From Pseudobdellovibrionaceae bacterium (GTDB lineage Bacteria > Bdellovibrionota > Bdellovibrionia > Bdellovibrionales > Bdellovibrionaceae): DNA of 26,674 nucleotides. The position numbers were made by a program, and so were the translations under genes. Every line of letters begins with the position of its first letter. Position 1 is the stretch's first letter. The stretch lies in the NCBI GenBank assembly GCA_044359815.1, contig JBIKLL010000031.1:1-26674 (forward strand). The letters are read 5' to 3'. The notes under the pieces are model-generated. The model did no database searches and was not told the origin of the DNA. It was given only the letters and a program-made list of their open reading frames with translations. This document shows positions 18,229 through 26,674 of this stretch, one piece after another.

Positions 18229-18767
18229 AGTCCTGGGTAGCTTCCATTCAAAAATTTATTGATCAGTGGTGGTACAATTATTTCGTGGGATTTTTGGCAG
18301 GATTTGATCATTTGGCGCTAGTCATTCCTACCGATGGTTTAGTGGTTTCATCTGCAATGATAAACCCCAAAAAATGGAAGCATCTGGCAATTTGCACAGC
18401 CATAGGTTCTACATTGGGGGCTGTTTTGCTGGCTCAGATATCCAATGTTTACGGTCTGCCTTTTTTAAATGAGCATTTTACAAGCATCGTCAGTTCACCT
18501 TATTGGGCAAAGACCCAAATATATTTTGAAGTCTATGGTTTAGGGTTTGTGTTTTTGTTAGCCGTAAGCCCGCTGGCTCAACAGCCCGGAGTCATTTTGG
18601 CCGGCTTGGCTGGGGCGTCCCTATTGGAGCTTGCTATGGTGGTGTTTTTAGGACGCATTCTTAAATACAGTTTCCTGTCCTATGTTTCTGTCTTTGCACC
18701 AAATTTAATCTACCGTCTATGGGGGATCCAAGGTGAAATCAAGCAGGCTGGGGTTGATAAGCATTGA
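18225..18767 (+). CDS. YqaA/VTT (DedA superfamily) membrane protein
   Basis: ATGA overlap with dedA; IPTD, GSTLG, SPL and GRILKY motifs; hydrophobic. Confidence 0.75.
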   Translation: MKSWVASIQKFIDQWWYNYFVGFLAGFDHLALVIPTDGLVVSSAMINPKKWKHLAICTAIGSTLGAVLLAQISNVYGLPFLNEHFTSIVSSPYWAKTQIYFEVYGLGFVFLLAVSPLAQQPGVILAGLAGASLLELAMVVFLGRILKYSFLSYVSVFAPNLIYRLWGIQGEIKQAGVDKH

Positions 18768-18903
18768 TACTGGCTGTGCTAAGTTTACGTGATCTCATAG
18801 GTAATTTATTTCCCGCCTAAATTAATAAGTTTACATTTTAAAGGCCAAAATCTAAATTTCAGTGAATTTAAGAATGCACGGGTGATTTAAAGTCACCAAC
18901 TGA

Positions 18904-18919
18904 TGGCATTTAGATTGCT
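18904..18919 (+). promoter_or_regulatory. Sigma54 (-24/-12) promoter candidate
   Basis: TGGCATTTAGATTGCT has exact GG-N10-GC spacing, ~170 bp upstream of the ORF at 19092. Confidence 0.7.
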
Positions 18920-19091
18920 AAGGCTTTCTGTGCGGTTACGGGGAAACAGGGGATTGCACCGAAAGCCTGGTTGGATTTGAACCCAACTAAGTCATGGACA
19001 AAATAGAACTGGGAACTTAGAACCTTAACATTAAAAAACCAAAAACTCCTTCAAGCACAGTCTTGAAAGGACCTTTAAACGGGGGACTTAC

Positions 19092-20024
19092 ATGAAAGCC
19101 ATTTTAACCATAGCAGCTTTGCTGGCAGCACAAAATTTGTATGCTCAAGGCTCAACAACTAAAGCGTCTGCAAAATCTGCAGCTAAAGCTCCAGCAGCAG
19201 GAACAACAACTGCGACTGCGACTGAAGCCGCTCCAGAAGCTACAAAAAAATTCGGTGTCAACTTGATTGCTGAAATAGCAAAGCAAATAAAAATGCTTGA
19301 TGATGGCAAAGAAGTTGAATCTCCGTATGTTACAGCAGGTGCTGCGGGTTTGACTTATAAAGCTACCAGCAAAGTGACTTTGGAAGCCCGTCACAATTTT
19401 GCTTACACTAGCGAAAGAACTTATGCAGGGAACGTAATTCCTGGTCAGTTTTATGGCGACAATTACGAAGCTATGGATTTTATGTTAAGAGCTAAGGTTG
19501 CTACTGATGCAACTTTGTTTGGATCTTCAAAAATCAATCCTGATTTTAGAGCCTATTTACCAACCAGCAGAAGAACTAGGGATGCAAAACAGAATGTTTA
19601 TTTGCGAAATGATTTGGCTCCTGAATGGACGATCAATCCAAAACTTACTTACTCCACATTGCTTTCAACAAGACTTTATCTGAATTCTGGATCTTCAAAA
19701 ATTGGTTCAGATTCTTTGTTGAGACTGGTAGTAACTCCGGTTGGATTGTCTTATGCATTCAATGATAAATTGAGCGCTTATTACACTTACACAATGGATT
19801 TAAGATCAGTTAACTATCAACGTGGAATTTTGTCTGCTGAAGCTGCAAATGCGGCAACTCACGAAACTGGTATGAACATCAGCGTGGGTGCATTGACTAT
19901 CAATCCAGCAATCACTTCTGACGTTAACCAGGGTGATGGATCAGCTTCAGTTTTAACTGCTGATTCAAGAGTGTATTCAGCTGATACAAGCTCATACAAC
20001 TTGAACCTGTACGCTAGCTTCTAA
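19092..20024 (+). CDS. Secreted, probable outer-membrane beta-barrel protein
   Basis: Signal peptide, Ala/Thr-rich linker, alternating amphipathic strands and C-terminal beta-signal YNLNLYASF; has its own terminator. Confidence 0.75.
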   Translation: MKAILTIAALLAAQNLYAQGSTTKASAKSAAKAPAAGTTTATATEAAPEATKKFGVNLIAEIAKQIKMLDDGKEVESPYVTAGAAGLTYKATSKVTLEARHNFAYTSERTYAGNVIPGQFYGDNYEAMDFMLRAKVATDATLFGSSKINPDFRAYLPTSRRTRDAKQNVYLRNDLAPEWTINPKLTYSTLLSTRLYLNSGSSKIGSDSLLRLVVTPVGLSYAFNDKLSAYYTYTMDLRSVNYQRGILSAEAANAATHETGMNISVGALTINPAITSDVNQGDGSASVLTADSRVYSADTSSYNLNLYASF

Positions 20025-20050
20025 TTAGAAGTAATTATTGAAAACCACTT

Positions 20051-20086
20051 AAACCCGAGGCCAAAACCTCGGGTTTTTTATTTTTA
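20051..20086 (+). terminator. Rho-independent terminator
   Basis: aaacccgagg-ccaaaa-cctcgggttt followed by a T-rich tail. Confidence 0.92.
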
Positions 20087-20224
20087 TCGGCTCAAATTAG
20101 TATTAATCTTCAACAGGGCAGAACAACGTCCTGTATGCGTTTTGGGGCCCTAAATGCTAGTCATTGGGCCATTCACTTTTTCTTTCGATTAAACGATCAG
20201 AATACATCGAAAGGAAACGCCATT

Positions 20225-20971
20225 ATGAAAACCTTGATTTTAATAGCCCTAATTGGGTTTGTGTTTGCAGCCAGAGCCAATGACAAAATAGTCGGAGGAG
20301 TAGAAGCCGCTGAGGGCGAGTTTCCTTTTATGGTTTCTTTGCAATATGACGGGCATTTTTGCGGGGGTTCTTTAGTAGGATCCCATTGGGTTTTGACGGC
20401 TGCACACTGTGCGGGCTCGGTTCAAGGGCTTTCGGTGTTTATGGGTAGCAACCGTTTGGATAGCGACAAGGCCACTAAGCTGTCAGTTTCTAAAATAATC
20501 GTGCACCCAAAATTTGATTCAAACAAATTAGATTTTGATTTCGCTTTGGTCAGACTATCAGAAGACGTTAGTTTTCAACCTGTGAGTTTAAATGAAACTG
20601 AGATGGAAGTCCCAAATGATCTGTCAAAATCAGTGACTACGGCTGGTTGGGGGCTGACTCAGGAAAACGGATTTGATTTGCCGGTGCAGTTAATGAAGGT
20701 CGATGTCCCATTGATCACAAAATCTGCCTGCGAGGATTCTTACAAAGGCATGATCACTGATCAAATGATCTGCGCTGGCTTGCCAGAGGGTGGTAAAGAT
20801 TCTTGCCAAGGCGACAGCGGGGGACCTTTGTTTGCAAAAGACTCTGAAGGCCAATTTAAATTGATTGGCGTTGTATCGTGGGGGATTGGCTGCGCCAGAC
20901 CCGATAAGTACGGAGTCTATTCCAAGGTCAACTCAGTCATCAATTGGATCAAAGCCGAAACAGCAAAATAA
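20225..20971 (+). CDS. Secreted trypsin-like (S1A) serine protease
   Basis: Signal peptide MKTLILIALIG, IVGG, TAAHC, DFAL and DSCQGDSGGP (Asp in the S1 pocket); SD aaagga before ATG 20225. Confidence 0.95.
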   Translation: MKTLILIALIGFVFAARANDKIVGGVEAAEGEFPFMVSLQYDGHFCGGSLVGSHWVLTAAHCAGSVQGLSVFMGSNRLDSDKATKLSVSKIIVHPKFDSNKLDFDFALVRLSEDVSFQPVSLNETEMEVPNDLSKSVTTAGWGLTQENGFDLPVQLMKVDVPLITKSACEDSYKGMITDQMICAGLPEGGKDSCQGDSGGPLFAKDSEGQFKLIGVVSWGIGCARPDKYGVYSKVNSVINWIKAETAK

Positions 20972-20988
20972 TCTGTCCCATTTTTGTT

Positions 20989-21547
20989 TTTTTAGTTTTT
21001 TGAATTTAGGGATTTTAGATATAAAAATATATTCCTAAATTCCCTACCTTGTGAATACATTTGCGAGCGCGCATGGCATATCTGGTGTTGAGTCATAATT
21101 TAGAATTTGTTCTTAAATCTGAACTTGTTTTGTTTTCTAAAAACCTGTCGTTTGTATTTAGCAAAAAATATTATTTTTTCTTCATTTTGTGAATACTTGC
21201 TAACGGCCGCAAGCTCATCTCTCGTATTGAGTCATGCAGCTGTTGATTTTTTCAAATAATATTAAATAAATTTTCAATCTCTTGTCTTAAAAATCAATAG
21301 CCGCATGACTCAACACCAGATATGCCATGCGCGCTCGCAAATGTATTCACAAAACACAGAAAACAAGAATATTTTTTGCTAAATACAAACGACAGGTTTC
21401 AGGAACTAAACTAATTAAGTTTTATGAACTTTTAAATTATGAATCAATACGAGAGATGAGCTTGCGGCCGTTAGCAAGTATTCAAAAGGTAGGGAATTTA
21501 GGAATATATTTTTATATCTAAAATCCCTAAATTCAAAAAACTAAAAA
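20989..21547. repeat. ~560-bp foldback element with four fixed-end units (A>, B>, <A, <B)
   Basis: Perfect arms 20989-21050/21486-21547 (62 bp) and 21141-21172/21368-21399 (32 bp). Inner stem 21227-21251/21289-21313 (23/25). Units read TGAATAC-core-TTGA(G/T)TCAT. Confidence 0.96.
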
Positions 21548-21556
21548 TGCGAAAGA

Positions 21557-22183
21557 TTATTTTTTGTTGGCGAGGCTTTGCATGATCTGTTCGCCGCCCG
21601 GCAGGTACGGGAGGGGATCGATGGGGAGGCGCTGCCTTCTGATTTCAAAGTGCAGATGCACGCCAGTGGCCCGGCCAGTTCTGCCCATTTTGCCAATCAT
21701 CTGTCCCTGTTCGACCACGTCGCCTTCATTGACCAAAATCTCGGACAGATGGGCATACAGTGTGGCCCATCCTCCTTCCCCTTCAATGACTATCAATTTT
21801 CCAAATCCTTTAAAGGCTTTGCCTGTATAGACTATTCTTCCGTTATGCGAGGCAAAGATTCGGGTGCCTTTGTTAGCTGCTAAATCTAATCCCAAATGGG
21901 GCCTGCGTTTTTTTTTGTTAAAACCACGGGTCAGTCTGGCTAAATCAACAGGCCAATCAAAATAGCTTTTGTTCTGGTTTTTGAATTTTTCGACGGCTTC
22001 GTCTTCAGCTAAAAATGAAGAGCCCGTGTCAGTTGCAGGTGATTCCTCGTCGATTTCCAATTCATCAGCTGGTGCCCAAGATTGGTAATCGTTCTCGTTG
22101 GCAGGCTTTCTGACAGGTTCGGTGTGCGAACAACCTGTTATCAAAATAACTAAAGCTAAAATTAATGAAAAACTCTGATTCAT
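21557..22183 (-). CDS. M23-family (NlpD-like) peptidoglycan endopeptidase lipoprotein
   Basis: Lipobox ITGC, zinc motifs HLGLD and HLH, and YAHL. Confidence 0.92.
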   Translation of the reverse strand: MNQSFSLILALVILITGCSHTEPVRKPANENDYQSWAPADELEIDEESPATDTGSSFLAEDEAVEKFKNQNKSYFDWPVDLARLTRGFNKKKRRPHLGLDLAANKGTRIFASHNGRIVYTGKAFKGFGKLIVIEGEGGWATLYAHLSEILVNEGDVVEQGQMIGKMGRTGRATGVHLHFEIRRQRLPIDPLPYLPGGEQIMQSLANKK

Positions 22184-22232
22184 CTGTAATTAGTATGAAA
22201 TCATAAAAATTAATTTACAATTTATTAAGGAT

Positions 22233-23498
22233 TTATTTTTTATTATACAGAGGAAATTTTGTGCACAGCGATCTCACATCGCTTTTTATTTTGGATTTCA
22301 GTTGAGCGTCCTCTGGATTTTTAATAATGGCTGAAATCCAATCACCGATTTGCTTCATCTCGGTGGTCCCCATGCCTCTGGTCGTTAGAGCAGGAGTTCC
22401 GATGCGGATCCCGCTGGTCACAAAGGGTGATCGTTTTTCGTTAGGAACAGTGTTTTTGTTTACCGTGATGTGAGCTTCGTCCAAGGCAATCTCTGCCTGT
22501 TTACCTGTGACTTCGGATTCGGATAAATCCACCAACACCAAATGATTGTCTGTGCCCCCAGTGACTAAATTTATTTTATTTGCAGTTAATGTCTCGCCTA
22601 GGGCTTTACAGTTTTTTACCACATTAGCAGCATAGTTTTTAAAATCAGGTTTCAGAATTTCGCCAAAGGCCACGGCTTTTGCTGCGATCACATGCTCCAG
22701 TGGACCACCCTGAATGCCAGGAAAGATTTTTGAGTTTACTTTTTTAGAAATTTCCTCGTTGTTGGTCAGAATGATTCCGCCCCTGGGGCCACGCAGGGTT
22801 TTGTGAGTGGTGCTGGTTACGATATCAGCGAATGGAAACGGTGATGGATGAGCACCACCTGCAACCAATCCTGCAAAATGGGCCATATCAACCATTAGTT
22901 TTGCACCGACCTCGTCAGCAATTTTTCTAAACGCTTCAAAATCCAAAACCCTTGGATAAGCACTGTATCCTGCAATAATCATTTTTGGTTTTGATTCTTG
23001 TGCTATTTTTCTGATTTGATCGTAGTTAATTCTGCCGGTTTGGGGATCCAGTTTGTAACTGACTGCTTTATATAAAATTCCAGAAAAATTAACTGGTGAT
23101 CCATGGGTTAAATGCCCCCCGTGGGATAAATCCATTCCTAAAACTGTGTCGCCAGCATTCAAGCAGGCTAAATAGACCGCCATATTGGCCTGTGAACCCG
23201 AATGCGGTTGCACATTGGCAAATTGGCAATTGAAGATCTTCTTGGCTCTTTCAATGGCCAAAGTTTCAACCTCATCAACAAACTGACAGCCACCATAATA
23301 TCTTTTGCCCGGATAGCCTTCAGCGTATTTGTTGGTCAGGCAGCTGCCTTGAGCTTCCATCACAGCAGTGGATACGTAGTTTTCACTGGCAATCATTTCC
23401 AGACCGTATTCTTGCCTTTGTTTTTCGTTTTCCATCATTTTGAATAAATCAGGATCTTTTACAGAAATAGAATCTAAGAAAGTATTTGCTGAAGACAT
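22233..23498 (-). CDS. glyA: Serine hydroxymethyltransferase
   Basis: [27 protein letters not shown] and [12 protein letters not shown]. Confidence 0.99.
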   Translation of the reverse strand: MSSANTFLDSISVKDPDLFKMMENEKQRQEYGLEMIASENYVSTAVMEAQGSCLTNKYAEGYPGKRYYGGCQFVDEVETLAIERAKKIFNCQFANVQPHSGSQANMAVYLACLNAGDTVLGMDLSHGGHLTHGSPVNFSGILYKAVSYKLDPQTGRINYDQIRKIAQESKPKMIIAGYSAYPRVLDFEAFRKIADEVGAKLMVDMAHFAGLVAGGAHPSPFPFADIVTSTTHKTLRGPRGGIILTNNEEISKKVNSKIFPGIQGGPLEHVIAAKAVAFGEILKPDFKNYAANVVKNCKALGETLTANKINLVTGGTDNHLVLVDLSESEVTGKQAEIALDEAHITVNKNTVPNEKRSPFVTSGIRIGTPALTTRGMGTTEMKQIGDWISAIIKNPEDAQLKSKIKSDVRSLCTKFPLYNKK

Positions 23499-23519
23499 GG
23501 GGCTCTCCGATTTTTGAAA

Positions 23520-23978
23520 TTATAAGGGACTGTTAGTTTTTTTAACACGAAGACTGTGCCTGTCGCCAGCAAAGTTTGTAGTTAAAAAAAGCTCAACAAT
23601 TTCTAAAGCCAAATTTTCGGCAACTAGTCTGGCACCAATGCAAAGTATATTAGCATTATTGTGCTCACGACTTAAAGCAGTGCTTTCATGGTTCCAGCAC
23701 AGGGCGGCTCGCACATTTTGATACTTGTTAGCCCTTATGCACATACCCTGACCACTGCCGCAAATTAAAATCCCAATTTCGCTTCTGAGGCTGTCGACCT
23801 CTGGGGATTCTGACAGACGGTGAATAATTGATGCAACTTTGTCGGCGTAATCTGGATAGTCCACTCTGTTGTCGCTAGATGGCCCTAAATCATTCACTGA
23901 ATATTTACTTTTAAGCACAGGAATTATTTTAGTTTTTAAATTCAGTCCCGCATGGTCACTGGCAATATGGATTTTCAT
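23520..23978 (-). CDS. rpiB: Ribose-5-phosphate isomerase B
   Basis: SDHAG, DYPD, CGSGQG and REHNNAN. Confidence 0.96.
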   Translation of the reverse strand: MKIHIASDHAGLNLKTKIIPVLKSKYSVNDLGPSSDNRVDYPDYADKVASIIHRLSESPEVDSLRSEIGILICGSGQGMCIRANKYQNVRAALCWNHESTALSREHNNANILCIGARLVAENLALEIVELFLTTNFAGDRHSLRVKKTNSPL

Positions 23979-25228
23979 ACTTTACCAAAAACCAAACAAG
24001 CATTGGTTCCACCAAAACCAAAAGAATTATTCATGGCAAAATCAATTTTTGCTGATCTGGCTTTGTCTTTAACATAATCCAAATCGCAACCATCGCCGGG
24101 GTTTTCGATATTAATTGTAGGAGGGGATTTTTGATCCCTGATTGCTAAAACGCAAAACACGGATTCAATGGCACCTGCTGCGCCCAAGGTATGTCCTGTC
24201 ATTGATTTCGTTGAATTGACCAAGACTTTTTGGGCATGGCTGCCAAATATTTTTTTAATCGCAGAGGTTTCGATCTGATCGCCTACAGGTGTGCTGGTTC
24301 CGTGGGCGTTGATATAATTAATTTTATCCGGTGTCAGTTCAGCGTCTTTTAACGCCATTAACATGGCTCTTTGGGCACCGGCGCCTTCCGGGGCAGGACT
24401 GGTCATGTGGTAGGCATCTGCTGAAACACCATAGCCCGTGATTTCGCACAGAATTTTTGCTCCGCGCTTTTGGGCGTGTTCCATGCTTTCCAACAATAAA
24501 ACAGCTGCACCTTCTGCCAACACAAAACCATCACGGTCTTTATCAAAAGGTCTGCTGGCTTTTTCTGGATTATCATTTCTGGTTGATAGAGCTCTCATCG
24601 AGGCAAAGCCACCCACTGCCATAGGGCAAATCGTGCTTTCGGCTCCGCCAGACAACATAAAATCCACCACACCATTTCTGATATAGTTTACTGATTCTCC
24701 GATGGAGTGAGCTCCTGAGGCACAGGCTGAAGTCACTGAATAGTTAGGACCTTTTAAATTAAAAAATATGCTGACCTGGCCTGCTGCCATATTTGAAATC
24801 ACTTGTGGGATAAAAAAGGGCGAAATTCTGCTGGGGCCTTTTTCCAAAACCTTTTGAAATTGCTCTTCAATTGTTGAAAGTCCACCCATGCCCACACCAA
24901 TTATAGTGCCACCACGATGAGAATTTTCTTCGGTGATGGTTAAGCCACCATTATCCAAAGCCATTTTTGTGCATGCCAGAGCATACTGAGTGAACAGATC
25001 GATTTTCTTTTGTTCTTTTTTAGGTATTAAAGGGTCTGGTGAGAAATTTTTAACTTCCCCCGCAATGTGTACGTCGTACTGACTGGTATCAAATCGTGTG
25101 ACCTTTCCAATACCACTCTTGCCTTCAAGAAGGTTTTTCCAGGTGTCCTCGGCTGTTAATCCAAGGGGAGTAACAGCTCCGACACCGGTGACGACCACGC
25201 GATGTTGTTTTTGAGCTGTCCTGAACAA
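23975..25228 (-). CDS. fabF: 3-oxoacyl-ACP synthase II
   Basis: VVVTGVG, SACASG, NAHGTST, GHTLGAAG and NSFGFGG. Confidence 0.97.
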   Translation of the reverse strand: MFRTAQKQHRVVVTGVGAVTPLGLTAEDTWKNLLEGKSGIGKVTRFDTSQYDVHIAGEVKNFSPDPLIPKKEQKKIDLFTQYALACTKMALDNGGLTITEENSHRGGTIIGVGMGGLSTIEEQFQKVLEKGPSRISPFFIPQVISNMAAGQVSIFFNLKGPNYSVTSACASGAHSIGESVNYIRNGVVDFMLSGGAESTICPMAVGGFASMRALSTRNDNPEKASRPFDKDRDGFVLAEGAAVLLLESMEHAQKRGAKILCEITGYGVSADAYHMTSPAPEGAGAQRAMLMALKDAELTPDKINYINAHGTSTPVGDQIETSAIKKIFGSHAQKVLVNSTKSMTGHTLGAAGAIESVFCVLAIRDQKSPPTINIENPGDGCDLDYVKDKARSAKIDFAMNNSFGFGGTNACLVFGKV

Positions 25229-25230
25229 GA

Positions 25231-25467
25231 TTAAGCCTTACCTTTTTTTTGCAGGTATCCAGCAACGTCACCAACTGTTCGCAATTTTTCAGCGTCTTCG
25301 TCGGGGATTTCTAAATCAAATTCTTCTTCCATTGCCATTACCAATTCAACGATGTCCAAGCTGTCTGCGCCCAGGTCATCGATAAATGAAGCCTCAGGTT
25401 TAACTTTGTCTGGATCCACACCTAATTGCTCTACAATGATGTCGCGAACTTTTGTGTTTAATGCCAT
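25231..25467 (-). CDS. acpP: Acyl carrier protein
   Basis: [29 protein letters not shown]. Confidence 0.99.
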   Translation of the reverse strand: MALNTKVRDIIVEQLGVDPDKVKPEASFIDDLGADSLDIVELVMAMEEEFDLEIPDEDAEKLRTVGDVAGYLQKKGKA

Positions 25468-25632
25468 TTGATCCTCCTCGATCTGATCAATTCACTGATC
25501 TCGTAAATGTATTTCTTAATTTATTAGTAATCTTAGTATCATAAATACCAATTTTTATATTAATAATTTTATTTGTGCTTATTAATTTAAGCTCAAAATT
25601 TAAATTTTGTTCGTTCATAAAATCTAAACCCT

Positions 25633-26373
25633 TTATGGCATTAACATTCCGCCATTAACACCAATAACTTGGCCCGTAATATAACTGGCCTCATCTGATA
25701 GCATAAAGGCCACAACTGATGCAATCTCAGCAGGTTGAGCCATTCTTCCCAGTGGAACCTTGCTCAGTATTTTACTTTTTTGGTCATCATTCAAGACGCT
25801 TGTCATATCAGTTTCAATAAACCCCGGCGCCACACAGTTGGCTCTGATATTTCGACCGGCCAATTCAAGAGCTAAAGATTTTGTAAAGGCCTCAATCCCG
25901 GCTTTGCTGGCAGCATAATTTGCCTGGCCCGCGTTTCCTGTGGATCCTATGATGCTAGAGAGGTTTACGAAACATCCTGATTGTTGTTTAAGCATCACTT
26001 TAACAAATGGCTTGCTGACTAAAAAAGTTCCCAACAAATTGCTCTGCAGAACTGAAGAGAAATCTTCTTCCTTCATCCTGAGCAATAAAGTGTCCTTTGT
26101 TAGGCCCGCGTTATTAACCACGCCGTCCACGTTTCCCAGTTTTTCGATAGCCGTAACGCATGCGCTCTCAATGCTGGATGGATCTGATAAATTCATCTGC
26201 AGATAAAAATGCCCGGTGCCAGGCAGGGATTTTAAGACCTTTTCAGCAGAAGCTTCTTGGCTGTTAAAGGTGAAACAGACTGTAGCGCCTTCCGCAGCCA
26301 GTCTTTGAGTGATAGCGGCACCAATACCACGACTGCCGCCACTGACAAAAAATTTCTTTCCTTTAAATCGCAT
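25633..26373 (-). CDS. fabG: 3-oxoacyl-ACP reductase
   Basis: GGSRGIG, NNAG, GQANYAASK and PGFIETDMT, in fab cluster context. Confidence 0.96.
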   Translation of the reverse strand: MRFKGKKFFVSGGSRGIGAAITQRLAAEGATVCFTFNSQEASAEKVLKSLPGTGHFYLQMNLSDPSSIESACVTAIEKLGNVDGVVNNAGLTKDTLLLRMKEEDFSSVLQSNLLGTFLVSKPFVKVMLKQQSGCFVNLSSIIGSTGNAGQANYAASKAGIEAFTKSLALELAGRNIRANCVAPGFIETDMTSVLNDDQKSKILSKVPLGRMAQPAEIASVVAFMLSDEASYITGQVIGVNGGMLMP

Positions 26374-26376
26374 AAT

Positions 26377-26674
26377 CTAGTTTTTTAGCTTTTCTTCTAA
26401 AAGTTTAAAATCTTCTAAGCTGTTAAGATTGGAAACTTGAAACCATTCGGAGTCAATTTTTTTAATTAATCCGGCAAGCACCTTGCCGGCTCCGACCTCG
26501 ACAATATTTTGAACTCCCTGTGCCTTCATTTCCTGCACACTTTGCATCCATAAAACAGGGCCTGATATCTGATGAACTAGGTTTTCATAAAGTTCTGTTT
26601 TTTTAGAATGCAGTCTTCCGGTGAGATTTTGCACAACGGGAATTTTAGCATCATTAAAATTCACGGTTTTTAAA
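26377..26674 (-). CDS. fabD: Malonyl-CoA:ACP transacylase, 3' part (runs off the window end)
   Basis: PVVQN, QISGPVLW and EVGAGKVLAGL; directly upstream of fabG. Confidence 0.92.
   Translation of the reverse strand, partial: LKTVNFNDAKIPVVQNLTGRLHSKKTELYENLVHQISGPVLWMQSVQEMKAQGVQNIVEVGAGKVLAGLIKKIDSEWFQVSNLNSLEDFKLLEEKLKN

Noticed and set aside
18921..19050. c-di-GMP-I riboswitch
   Set aside because: GAAA and AAAGCC fragments exist, but the GCAAA and GACGCAAAGC core and the P2/P3 arrangement are missing.
21197..21477. Integron attC site (ctaac ... gttag)
   Set aside because: TGCTAAC/GTTAGCA do not fit RYYYAAC/GTTRRRY, the span is too long, and there is no cassette context or integrase.
21059..21477. 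Canonical hammerhead or hairpin ribozyme
   Set aside because: There is no CUGANGA/GAAA core, and resemblance to hairpin-ribozyme loops is only superficial. It would need an Infernal hit.
21049..21484. CRISPR or TIGR-like mini-array (fixed ends around 29-30-nt cores)
   Set aside because: The units are not tandem, two are inverted, the cores recur rather than being unique, the constant parts are only 7-10 nt, and no cas or tas gene is nearby.
21327..21521. 64-aa ORF inside the foldback
   Set aside because: It lies within the palindrome, has no SD and no recognisable motif.
338..26206. Short antisense or alternate-frame ORFs overlapping annotated genes (e.g. 14902-15477, 17925-18311)
   Set aside because: These are shadow ORFs of well-supported genes and carry no independent motifs.

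Overview
This is an AT-rich, gene-dense bacterial chromosomal window. Gene content and protein style (secreted trypsin, GYF-PilZ protein, Kup, fabD-fabG-acpP-fabF-rpiB-glyA) suggest Bdellovibrionota, but that is inference. Coding content is mostly housekeeping: class Ia nrdAB with an NrdR-like box, a TIGR01212 radical SAM gene head-to-head with a stand-alone MnmC-type methyltransferase, FMN reductase, a repeat-containing signalling-like protein, kup, patatin, yceI, lon, a GATase, two DedA/VTT genes, a sigma54-preceded outer-membrane protein, trypsin, an M23 lipoprotein and the fab/glyA cluster. The most unusual features are two long non-coding foldback elements between convergent genes. The first is a ~560-bp hairpin (20989-21547) with perfect 62- and 32-bp arms and four fixed-end units whose GC-rich cores are cross-swapped (A>, B>, <A, <B). 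The second is a ~300-bp hairpin (6648-6944) with a GC-rich GGA-loop core, whose left arm is an inverted copy of the neighbouring gene's 3' end. No transposase, recombinase or cas gene is in the window.
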